Assembly (NCBI GenBank): GCA_030751755.1
Contig: JASMFO010000050.1
Location: forward strand, 1-29,938
Origin: Candidatus Woesearchaeota archaeon
Lineage (GTDB): Archaea > Nanobdellota > Nanobdellia > Woesearchaeales > GW2011-AR4
Reading direction: 5' to 3'
DNA: 29,938 nucleotides
In this document: one piece after another, positions 17,096 to 24,608 of the stretch
Layout: every line of letters begins with the position of its first letter
How positions within the stretch are numbered: the first letter of the stretch is position 1
The notes under the pieces: generated by a model
Database searches by the model: none
The model's input: the letters and a program-made list of their open reading frames with translations, nothing else
Told to the model about the DNA's origin: nothing
Translations under genes and position numbers: made by a program

Positions 17096-17350
17096 TTAAA
17101 ACCTAACCAAAACCTTCTCAAAATCCACAATTTTATTATTTTTTACTTCAACACCTTCTTTTCTTAATAATTCCGCCTTTGCCTTTAATCCATGAGCAAA
17201 TCCATGTAAATGCCCAGAACTCGCAACAACCCTATGGCAAGGTACCATATTCTTTCCTTTGCATCTTAATAATCCATAAGGATTCTTGTTCATAGCTCTT
17301 CCAACTGGATAAGTCAAAGCGAAGCTGAAAATATTGCTCGTTCTTTTACT
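17096..17350 (-). pseudogene. ogt: N-terminally truncated methylated-DNA-protein-cysteine methyltransferase (MGMT/Ogt) remnant
   Basis: It retains VGRAMNKNP...VPCHRVVASSGHLHGF..GL..K..LL..EGV, including the PCHRV active site. The frame opens only at a stop at 17351-17353. The upstream part of the DNA-binding domain and the whole N-domain are missing. Only a TTG at 17317 could serve as a start. Confidence 0.65.
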
Positions 17351-17401
17351 TTAGGAATATTGGAAAGTTACGATAATGAAAGGGGGGCGAAAACTACAAT
17401 A

Positions 17402-17641
17402 ATGAATTCTTATAAAGAAGGAAAATATTGGAAAGTTATGGTTTCTATCCCCCTTATTTTGAAATATTCCAATTATTATTCCAAGGATGTTTGGGGAGAA
17501 TGGGATAATGTAATAGTAGCCGACAGAGGGGGTGGTGTTTTGCTCATAGAAATAAACGGTAAAACAGGCAAAATTGAGTATATAAACATAGCCGACGAAG
17601 CCCGTGTGACTATGGAACGGTTTTTTGAACTAAGGGTATAG
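17402..17641 (+). CDS. small hypothetical protein (PepSY-like beta-rich?)
   Basis: About 79 aa from the ATG at 17402, with an alternative TTG at 17360. The segment VIVADRGGGVLLIEINGKTGKIEYI loosely recalls PepSY-type repeats. Support is weak. Confidence 0.4.
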   Translation: MNSYKEGKYWKVMVSIPLILKYSNYYSKDVWGEWDNVIVADRGGGVLLIEINGKTGKIEYINIADEARVTMERFFELRV

Positions 17642-17682
17642 GAAAAAATGAAGATAGAAAAGGTGACAAAAATGGTCATATA

Positions 17683-17695
17683 CGGGCGTCGGCGT
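17683..17695 (+). repeat. attR-like direct repeat
   Basis: This is a second exact copy of CGGGCGTCGGCGT, a GC-rich 13-mer in AT-rich DNA. It lies 2 nt from the stop codon of the DHS-like gene. Confidence 0.75.
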
Positions 17696-17697
17696 AT

Positions 17698-18705
17698 TTA
17701 TTCTTTTCCAAGAACATAGGCAAATATCAACGGAGCAACAATTGTTGCATCTGATTCTATCACAAATGAGGGTGTATCCACAGATATTTTTCCCCATGTA
17801 ATTTTTTCATTTGGAACAGCGCCGCTATAGCTGCCATAAGAAGCCGTACTGTCACTTATTTGGCAAAAGTACCCCCACAATCTACATTTTTCATTAAGAT
17901 CCTGTTGAATAAGTGGAACAACACAAATTGGAAAATCTCCTGCTATCCCTCCGCCGATTTGAAAAAAACCTATTTCAGCATCCTTAGAATTTTCCATGTA
18001 CCAATCAATCAAAAATGACATCTGTTCTAATCCGGATTTTACAATTTGTATATTCTTAATACTTTCATTATAATAGTTCCTTCCCCTGGTCAGAGCCACA
18101 AAAATATTGCCTAACGTAGAGTCTTCCCATCCTGGCGTCCATATTGGCAGATTTTTCTCACATGCTGCTATCAGCCAGGAATCCTTAGGATCAATCTCGT
18201 AAAATTCTTTCAATGCTCCGCTTTTGATTACCTGGTACATGTATTCATATGGAAAATACCTCTCATTGTTTTGATCGGCTTTCTTCCATAGCTTGAAAAT
18301 TTGTTTCTCAATCCTTCGCATAGCTTCTTCTTCAGGAATGCACGTATCGGTGACACGGTTCATATGCTCGTCAAATAATTTTTTTTCATCCTCTGCAGTA
18401 AAATACCTGTAACCAGGGACACGCTTGTAATGCTTATTTGCAACTAAGTTGAACAGATCCTCTTCTAAATTTGCTCCGGTGCAGCATATTGCATGAATCT
18501 TTCCTTGTCTTATCATCTCTGCAAGGCTTATTCCAAGTTCTGCAGTTGACATGGCCCCTGCCATGACCAAAAACATCTTACCATTAGAATCAAGAAGCTT
18601 GGTGTATGCTTCAGCCGCATCCACAACAACGGCAGAATTGAAATGTTTAAAATTCTTTTTTACAAAACTCTTAACAGCTGTGAAATCGCCCACTATACCA
18701 CCCAA
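17698..18705 (-). CDS. deoxyhypusine synthase family protein (bacterial-type DHS-like)
   Basis: 335 aa with FKHFNSA, LVMAGAMSTAELG, CTGANLEED, FFQIGGGIAGDF and SYGSYSGAVPNEKITWGK. These strings are, as I recall them, characteristic of the DHS-like branch common in bacteria. The start is a TTG. Confidence 0.85.
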   Translation of the reverse strand: MGGIVGDFTAVKSFVKKNFKHFNSAVVVDAAEAYTKLLDSNGKMFLVMAGAMSTAELGISLAEMIRQGKIHAICCTGANLEEDLFNLVANKHYKRVPGYRYFTAEDEKKLFDEHMNRVTDTCIPEEEAMRRIEKQIFKLWKKADQNNERYFPYEYMYQVIKSGALKEFYEIDPKDSWLIAACEKNLPIWTPGWEDSTLGNIFVALTRGRNYYNESIKNIQIVKSGLEQMSFLIDWYMENSKDAEIGFFQIGGGIAGDFPICVVPLIQQDLNEKCRLWGYFCQISDSTASYGSYSGAVPNEKITWGKISVDTPSFVIESDATIVAPLIFAYVLGKE

Positions 18706-18770
18706 AAACTCTGAATTAAGATTTATTTTAATATCTTTTGGTTTTTTGTTATTGGAATGTTTATTGTCGA

Positions 18771-19538
18771 TTATTTTTTCTTACTAACAGTCTCCAATTC
18801 CTCTGTTTTCTCAATCTCCAAAAACGCATTGGCAAGCTGCTTCCCACCTACTACCTGCGGCAACACAACTATTTTGGCACCAACCTTATGCAACCTATCA
18901 ACAGCATGCTCGTCTTCTGCTTTTGCTGCCAGATAAAGATGCGGATTAAGCTCAGTAGCGCTCATTATCAGGTAGATATTATCAGAATCTTCTGCTAATG
19001 TTCCAATTAATCCTTTTGCCTTTTTAATGCCTGCTTTTTTCAGGACATCAGGATCTAAAGCATCTCCCTGCAAAATTGGCTCTCCGACAGATACCAATCC
19101 AGAACATTTCTCTGCATCCTTTTCTACTATAAGATATCTTTGCTTTTTTTCTTTTAAGACATTACAAACATATTTTCCTAGTTTGCCATAACCACATATA
19201 ATAGTATGATTTTTTTCCTTTCTCATTCTAACCAAACCTCCTTTTATTCCTCCCAATAATAACCTTGCACGACCTTCTATTATAGCACTTGCTACAAATA
19301 TGGTAATATAAAGCACTAAACCAAGCCCAAAAGCCAATAGAATCATAACAAGTACTTTTCCATAAACTGTGGTAATACCATAAGGACTTCCATGAGTAGT
19401 TATTATTAGAAGAGTATAGTATAGTGAGTCGAATAAATCTACGCCTTCTATTATACTAAAGGCATATGTTCCAGATAAAATAAGGATTGTAAGAAGAAAA
19501 ATTCCAAATATGAAATTTCTAATGCTTGTATCTGGCAT
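18771..19538 (-). CDS. 2-TM ion channel with C-terminal RCK/TrkA-N domain (MthK-like) and non-canonical pore signature
   Basis: Two TM helices flank a pore-helix-like segment SLYYTLLIITTHGSPYG. This is followed by IICGYGKLGKYV (Rossmann GxGxxG) of an RCK domain. The canonical TVGYG filter is absent. Confidence 0.8.
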   Translation of the reverse strand: MPDTSIRNFIFGIFLLTILILSGTYAFSIIEGVDLFDSLYYTLLIITTHGSPYGITTVYGKVLVMILLAFGLGLVLYITIFVASAIIEGRARLLLGGIKGGLVRMRKEKNHTIICGYGKLGKYVCNVLKEKKQRYLIVEKDAEKCSGLVSVGEPILQGDALDPDVLKKAGIKKAKGLIGTLAEDSDNIYLIMSATELNPHLYLAAKAEDEHAVDRLHKVGAKIVVLPQVVGGKQLANAFLEIEKTEELETVSKKK

Positions 19539-19645
19539 TATGCACCTCTTTTTTTAACTTTAATTCCTTATTTATTATTAAAACTTTTGTTTGTGATACC
19601 AATTGCCAAAACTTTTTAAACATAAGATGTTCCCCATTGTACTTG

Positions 19646-20545
19646 ATGACAGACCCTATAATCCTAGGAACAGTGGCCTTGGATTCATTGGAAACGCCTT
19701 TTGGTAAAGTTAAGGATGTAATAGGCGGCTCAGCTACTTATGCATCAATTGCAGCTTCCTTTTTCTCAAAACCAGGCATACTTTCAATTGTTGGAAAAGA
19801 TTTTCCTAAACAGAATATAAAACTTCTCAATGAAAAAGGGGTAAATACTCAGGGAATAGCGACAGGGAACAAAACATTCCGCTGGCAGGGCTATTATGAA
19901 TTTGATATGAATGAGGCAAAAACAATAAGAACAGAGCTTAATTCTTTGGAGTCTTATAAAGTAGAAATCCCCGAGGATTATAAAAATGCAAAGTATATTT
20001 TTCTTGCAAACATAGACCCAGAGTTGCAGCTTGATGTCATAAAGACAATAAAAAAACCAGAACTAATTGTTATGGACACGATGAATTTCTGGATTGAACA
20101 TAAGAAAGAGCAGCTGCTTAAGACAATAGACAAAGCAGACCTCCTTATCCTTAATGATTCTGAAGCCAGGCAACTCTTTGATACACCAAACCTGGTAAAA
20201 GCTGCAAATGCCGCTTTAAAGTTGCATACTCATGCTGTCATTATAAAAAAAGGCGAGCATGGCGCTTTATTATTTACAGACAATAAGCATTTTAATGCCC
20301 CCGGATATCCCTTAGAAAACATAAAAGATCCTACAGGCTGCGGAGACAGCTTCGGAGGAGCCTTAACGGGTTACTTAGCAAAAACCCAAGATATAAGCGA
20401 AGCAAACTTAAGAAAAGCTGTTGTGTATGGCTCTATAATAGCATCCTTCAATGCAGAAGATTTTTCCGTAGAAAGGTTAAAAAGCGTCAATAAGTCGGAC
20501 ATAGAAAAAAGATACAAGGAATTCAAGGCTATGAGGGAATTTTAA
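19646..20545 (+). CDS. PfkB-family carbohydrate/nucleoside kinase
   Basis: 299 aa from the ATG at 19646. The longer ORF from 19526 overlaps the divergent promoter and reads as low-complexity. The PfkB signature DPTGCGDSFGGAL and an N-terminal GGSA.Y region are present. Confidence 0.88.
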   Translation: MTDPIILGTVALDSLETPFGKVKDVIGGSATYASIAASFFSKPGILSIVGKDFPKQNIKLLNEKGVNTQGIATGNKTFRWQGYYEFDMNEAKTIRTELNSLESYKVEIPEDYKNAKYIFLANIDPELQLDVIKTIKKPELIVMDTMNFWIEHKKEQLLKTIDKADLLILNDSEARQLFDTPNLVKAANAALKLHTHAVIIKKGEHGALLFTDNKHFNAPGYPLENIKDPTGCGDSFGGALTGYLAKTQDISEANLRKAVVYGSIIASFNAEDFSVERLKSVNKSDIEKRYKEFKAMREF

Positions 20546-20614
20546 TTATAAATCAAAATCTAGAGCTATGCCTTTCTAGGGGATGTGGGTGGGAGAATCA
20601 AGTAATGACATTCA

Positions 20615-20658
20615 TTAAAATGCCGAGTTGCGTAGCAACAAGCTAATCGGCATTTTGA
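20615..20658 (+). other. strong nested hairpin inside a GC-rich intergenic segment (possible small RNA or terminator)
   Basis: AAAATGCCGA (20617-20626) pairs perfectly with TCGGCATTTT (20647-20656). An inner hairpin GTTGC-GTA-GCAAC lies at 20627-20639, and there is a 7-nt one-sided bulge. The surrounding segment of about 20570-20690 is unusually G+C-rich for an intergenic region in this window. Confidence 0.35.
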
Positions 20659-20698
20659 CTTCAGCTCCGCTCTGGCATATTCCTCAAAAACATCAAAA

Positions 20699-21340
20699 AT
20701 GTCCATTAAAGAGAATATAAACACTCTAAGAAGCAATATTCCCAAAAGTATCGGAATTCTCGCAGCAACTAAAACAAGAACTGCGCAACAGATTAAAGAA
20801 GCCATTGACTCCGGAATAAAGATATTTGGAGAAAATTATGTTCAGGAAGCAGAAAAGAAATATTCGGAAATAAAACAAAACAACAACATTAATCTTTATT
20901 TTGCCGGCCATTTGCAAAAAAACAAAATAAACAGGGCTTTAAAGCTATTTGATGTCATAAATGTTGATTCTTTTGAAATAGCAGAGGCAATAAGTCGAAG
21001 AACAGGTAAAAAAATTAAAGTTTTAATTGAAGTCAATATTGGCAATGAGCCAAATAAATACGGCTGCAAGCCAGAGGAATTAATCAATTTAATCAAAAAA
21101 CTTTCAAAATTAAAAAATATAGAAGTTTGCGGTTTGATGGCAATGGCTCCTTATTTTAAAGATGGAGAAAAAACAAGGCCTTATTTTAAAAAAATGAGAT
21201 TATTATTTGAAAAGATTAAAAGATTAAAATTAAAGAATGTTAAGATGGAAATATTGTCTTTAGGAATGTCCAATGATTATAAAATAGCGATAGAAGAAGG
21301 CTCTAATTTAATAAGAATTGGAAGCTCTATCTTCGCCTAA
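20699..21340 (+). CDS. YggS-family pyridoxal-phosphate homeostasis protein
   Basis: 213 aa. It has ILAATKTR (PLP Lys), FGENYVQE, HLQKNK and LSLGMSNDY...GSNLIRIGSSIF, which are typical of YggS/PROSC. Confidence 0.88.
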   Translation: MSIKENINTLRSNIPKSIGILAATKTRTAQQIKEAIDSGIKIFGENYVQEAEKKYSEIKQNNNINLYFAGHLQKNKINRALKLFDVINVDSFEIAEAISRRTGKKIKVLIEVNIGNEPNKYGCKPEELINLIKKLSKLKNIEVCGLMAMAPYFKDGEKTRPYFKKMRLLFEKIKRLKLKNVKMEILSLGMSNDYKIAIEEGSNLIRIGSSIFA

Positions 21341-21768
21341 ACTACCTCTTTTATATTTGCCGTTGTCACCATAGTAAATGTCTGCCTTACTCCTTTTTGC
21401 TCTTTTCTGAATTTTATTAAAAAATCATTAAATTCTTCAACATCTTTAAACTTCAATTTCAGCAATAAATCATATTCTCCGGTTACGCCAAAAATTTCCT
21501 TAATGCACCCTTTATTTTTTATTTTTTCGTGGATATACTCTGTTGTTCCGCCTTTTATCAGCATAAAAATAATAAAGTTTTCTCCAACAGACTTATTGTT
21601 CAGTTTTAATGTAAACTTTTCAATTACCCCATCTTTAACCAATTTTTTAATCCTTTCGTGCACTGTACTTGGCCTTATTCCTGTTTTTTTGGCAATATCC
21701 CGGATTGGCATCCTGGAATCTTCCTTAAGAGCTTCAATTATCAGGTTATCTTTCTTGTCTAACGTCAT
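21337..21768 (-). CDS. Lrp/AsnC-family transcriptional regulator
   Basis: 143 aa. An N-terminal HTH (LDKKDNLIIEALKEDSRMPIRDIAKKTGIRPSTVHERIKKL) is followed by a RAM/ACT-like C-domain (GEYDLLLK). It is divergent from metF. Confidence 0.9.
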   Translation of the reverse strand: MTLDKKDNLIIEALKEDSRMPIRDIAKKTGIRPSTVHERIKKLVKDGVIEKFTLKLNNKSVGENFIIFMLIKGGTTEYIHEKIKNKGCIKEIFGVTGEYDLLLKLKFKDVEEFNDFLIKFRKEQKGVRQTFTMVTTANIKEVV

Positions 21769-21894
21769 TTTAAAAAAAGGGCCCTCCTTTAATAAGAACT
21801 ACGGAACATTTGGGGGGTGTTCCAGAGAGCCCGGAAAGAATAATGTCCAACTAATATATAAATCTTCCTAATTTTGTCCAGTTTTTTTATAATT

Positions 21895-21963
21895 TTCCAG
21901 ACAGATTTCATAAAAATATAGGAAAAATATATAAATTGTTTTATACTTAATTTATGCACAAGG
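21895..21963 (+). promoter_or_regulatory. 69-bp promoter/leader module, copy 1 (upstream of metF)
   Basis: It is 67/69 identical to 23023-23091, with mismatches at 21916 and 21948. It contains AT-rich TATA-like boxes (AAAAATATATAAAT, TTTTATAC) and ends 7 nt before the metF ATG. Confidence 0.7.
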
Positions 21964-21970
21964 ATATTAT

Positions 21971-22918
21971 ATGAAAGTTATTGAACATATTGAAAAGGCA
22001 AAAGACCCCATCTTCAGTTATGAGATTATTCCTCCCAAACGTGGTACCAGTGTGCAGGAAATTACCGATATTGTAAAAGATCTGGAGCCCTTTAATCCGC
22101 CATATATTGATGTTACCAGCCATCCTGCCGAGGCATATTATGAAGAAAATGACACAGGAGATGTAAAGCGCCATATTCGAAAGAAAAGACCGGGTACCAT
22201 TAGCATCTGCGGTATCATCCAGAATCGTTTCAAGATTGATACGGTCCCCCACCTTTTATGCCGGGGTTTTACCCGTGAAGAGACAGAAGATGCAATTATA
22301 GAACTAAACTACCTGGGTATTCACAATATACTGGCTATTCGTGGCGATGAAACCAATTATCAAAAACCGGTACAGTCGGGGCGCTCTGTAAATGTGTATG
22401 CTTCTGATCTGGTAAAGCAGGTCAATGACCTGCGCTCAGGAATCTATTTAGATGAAATCATAAATGCAGACCCTATTTATTTCTGCATTGGTGTGGGCGG
22501 GTACCCTGAAAAACATTTTGAAGCCCCAAACCTGAAAAAGGATATCAAGTACTTAAAACAAAAAGTTGACGCAGGTGCCGATTATATTGTCACCCAGATG
22601 TTTTTCAATAATGATGATTTTTTCAACTTCGAGGCAGAATGCCGGAATGCTGGTATTGAAGTGCCAATAATTCCGGGAATCAAAATACTGGGTTCAGAAA
22701 AGCAGCTTAAAAGCATCCCAAAAAACTTTTATGTAAATATTCCTACCGCTTTATCTGATGAAGTGGATGAAAATACGGATCATGCTAAGGAAATTGGTAT
22801 TAACTGGTGTGTGAATCAGTGCGAAGAGCTATTAAATAATGGAGTTAAAAATATACACTTTTATATTATGAGCGGCGCTACAGGAGTAACAGAAGTTTTG
22901 AAAAAAATTAGTAAATAA
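21971..22918 (+). CDS. metF: 5,10-methylenetetrahydrofolate reductase
   Basis: 315 aa. It has the N-terminus [11 protein letters not shown], then IDVTSH, LAIRGD, GGYPEKH and DYIVTQMFF, as in MetF. Arg is mostly encoded by CGN codons, whereas the flanking genes use AGR. Confidence 0.92.
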   Translation: MKVIEHIEKAKDPIFSYEIIPPKRGTSVQEITDIVKDLEPFNPPYIDVTSHPAEAYYEENDTGDVKRHIRKKRPGTISICGIIQNRFKIDTVPHLLCRGFTREETEDAIIELNYLGIHNILAIRGDETNYQKPVQSGRSVNVYASDLVKQVNDLRSGIYLDEIINADPIYFCIGVGGYPEKHFEAPNLKKDIKYLKQKVDAGADYIVTQMFFNNDDFFNFEAECRNAGIEVPIIPGIKILGSEKQLKSIPKNFYVNIPTALSDEVDENTDHAKEIGINWCVNQCEELLNNGVKNIHFYIMSGATGVTEVLKKISK

Positions 22919-23022
22919 ACAGCTATATCATATTTACCCTACATGCCTGATCCAGAAAAAACCGTGCCTATGGTTTTTATGGCAATTTTCATATCAAGAC
23001 CAAAATTCCGGTTATCAATATA

Positions 23023-23091
23023 TTCCAGACAGATTTCATAAAAGTATAGGAAAAATATATAAATTGTTTTATACTCAATTTATGCACAAGG
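23023..23091 (+). promoter_or_regulatory. 69-bp promoter/leader module, copy 2 (upstream of ahcY)
   Basis: This is the direct repeat of 21895-21963, exactly 1128 bp downstream. It is followed by GGAGGT and then the ahcY ATG at 23109. Confidence 0.7.
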
Positions 23092-23108
23092 TAGTTTGGA
23101 GGTCAAAA

Positions 23109-24521
23109 ATGGATGAAACTGAGAATTATAAGATAAAAGATTTATCACTTGCTGATTTTGGAAGAAAAGAAATTGAAATTGCAGAAAAAGAAATGCCTGG
23201 ATTGATGGCAATTAGAGAGAAATATGGTTCTAAAAAACCACTTAAAGATGTTAGGATAACCGGAAGTTTACACATGACAGTGCAAACAGCAGTTTTGATA
23301 GAAACTTTAACAGCGCTTGGAGCTAATGTACGCTGGGCTTCATGCAACATTTTCTCAACTCAGGACCATGCTGCCGCAGCAATAGCTAAGGAAGGAATCC
23401 CAGTATTTGCATGGAAAGGAGAAACCTTAAAGGAATATTGGTACTGTACAAAAAAGGCATTAGACTTTGGAAAGGGTAAAGGTCCTCAGCTTATAGTCGA
23501 TGATGGAGGAGATGCCACTTTAATAATACACAAAGGAGCGGAAGTAGAAAAAAATCCTTCAATTTTAGACAAAAACTACGGGGATGAAGGAGAAGACTTT
23601 AGAGAATTGATGGCATGCCTTAAGGAATGTTACTTGGAAGATAAAAACAAATGGACTAGCATAGTAAAAGAAGTCAAAGGAGTTTCAGAAGAAACAACTA
23701 CCGGTGTTCATAGGCTGTATCAGATGATGAAAGACAAGAAATTGTTATTCCCCGCAATCAATGTAAATGATTCAGTAACAAAATCAAAATTTGACAACCT
23801 TTATGGATGCAGGGAAAGTTTAGCTGATGGGATAAAAAGGGCAACTGATATAATGGTAGCTGGAAAAATTGTTGTTGTATTCGGTTATGGTGATGTAGGC
23901 AAGGGCTGTGCGCAATCCATGAGGGGGTTTGGCGCTAGAGTCATAATAACTGAAATAGATCCAATCTGCGCGCTACAGGCAGCAATGGAGGGTTTTGAAG
24001 TAAAGACTGTTGAAGAGACTTTAAATGAAGCAAATATCTATATCACAGCTACTGGAAACAAAGATATAATTAAACTTGAGCACATGGAAGCCATGAAAGA
24101 CCAAACAGTTATCTGCAATATTGGTCATTTTGACAATGAGATCCAAGTTGCAGAGTTAGAAGAAGCTACAGATATAAAAAAAATCAACATAAAGCCGCAA
24201 GTTGATAAATACATCTTTCCTGACGGCCACGAAATCTTCCTGCTTGCAGAAGGACGCCTAGTAAATCTTGGCTGCGCCACAGGACATCCATCATTTGTTA
24301 TGAGCAACTCATTTACTAATCAGGTTCTGGCACAAATGGAGTTGTGGAAGAACAAATATAAGATTGGAGTCTATGTTCTACCTAAAATCTTAGATGAAGA
24401 AGTCGCAAGATTGCATTTAGAGAAATTAGGAATTAGCCTGACAAAACTCAGCAAAGAACAAGCAGATTACATAGGTGTTCCATTAAAGGGACCATATAAG
24501 CCAGACCATTACAGATATTAA
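23109..24521 (+). CDS. ahcY: adenosylhomocysteinase (SAH hydrolase)
   Basis: It begins [27 protein letters not shown]. It also has the NAD-binding motif [14 protein letters not shown] and a C-terminal ...YRY. The ATG at 23109, with GGAGGT upstream, is preferred over the TTG at 23064, which lies inside the repeat. Confidence 0.95.
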   Translation: MDETENYKIKDLSLADFGRKEIEIAEKEMPGLMAIREKYGSKKPLKDVRITGSLHMTVQTAVLIETLTALGANVRWASCNIFSTQDHAAAAIAKEGIPVFAWKGETLKEYWYCTKKALDFGKGKGPQLIVDDGGDATLIIHKGAEVEKNPSILDKNYGDEGEDFRELMACLKECYLEDKNKWTSIVKEVKGVSEETTTGVHRLYQMMKDKKLLFPAINVNDSVTKSKFDNLYGCRESLADGIKRATDIMVAGKIVVVFGYGDVGKGCAQSMRGFGARVIITEIDPICALQAAMEGFEVKTVEETLNEANIYITATGNKDIIKLEHMEAMKDQTVICNIGHFDNEIQVAELEEATDIKKINIKPQVDKYIFPDGHEIFLLAEGRLVNLGCATGHPSFVMSNSFTNQVLAQMELWKNKYKIGVYVLPKILDEEVARLHLEKLGISLTKLSKEQADYIGVPLKGPYKPDHYRY

Positions 24522-24608
24522 TAATTCACAAAGCGAAAGCTTTATATACCACCTATATTACTCAATAGTAGTAATAAAAAGAGTTCTGATAGTATTTTAC
24601 GAGGTAAA

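Larger units (their letters stand above)
13299..17695. mobile_element. integrated element (~4.4 kb) at the 3' end of tRNA-Ser(UGA), bounded by att-like direct repeats
   Basis: The exact 13-nt repeat CGGGCGTCGGCGT occurs at 13299-13311 and 17683-17695, and extends to 18/20 identity. A tyrosine recombinase gene starts 61 nt after the tRNA. The interior genes are non-housekeeping or decayed. Housekeeping genes resume 2 nt after the right repeat. Confidence 0.75.

Noticed and set aside
19526-19645. N-terminal extensions offered by the ORF track for the PfkB gene (19526), ahcY (23064), rpiB (25053) and the 8337 ORF.
   Set aside because: The extensions run through promoter, repeat or tRNA sequence and translate to low-complexity peptides. 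They precede internal ATGs that match the canonical N-termini of the families.
20566-20805. A 79-aa minus-strand ORF in the PfkB/YggS spacer.
   Set aside because: It overlaps the well-supported YggS gene start in antisense. Its Cys/Leu-rich translation looks non-protein-like, and the region is better explained as structured RNA or DNA.
21895-21963. The 69-bp repeat read as a SAM/SAH-type riboswitch shared by metF and ahcY.
   Set aside because: It is too short and too AT-rich to form the GC-rich helices or pseudoknot of known SAM/SAH riboswitches. TATA-like boxes at promoter distance from both starts explain it better.
22939-22991. A short minus-strand ORF ([17 protein letters not shown]-stop) in the GC-richer DNA after metF, possibly a remnant of a donor-genome gene.
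   Set aside because: It is only 17 codons, has no diagnostic motif and would run into the metF 3' end. This is not enough evidence to call a remnant.
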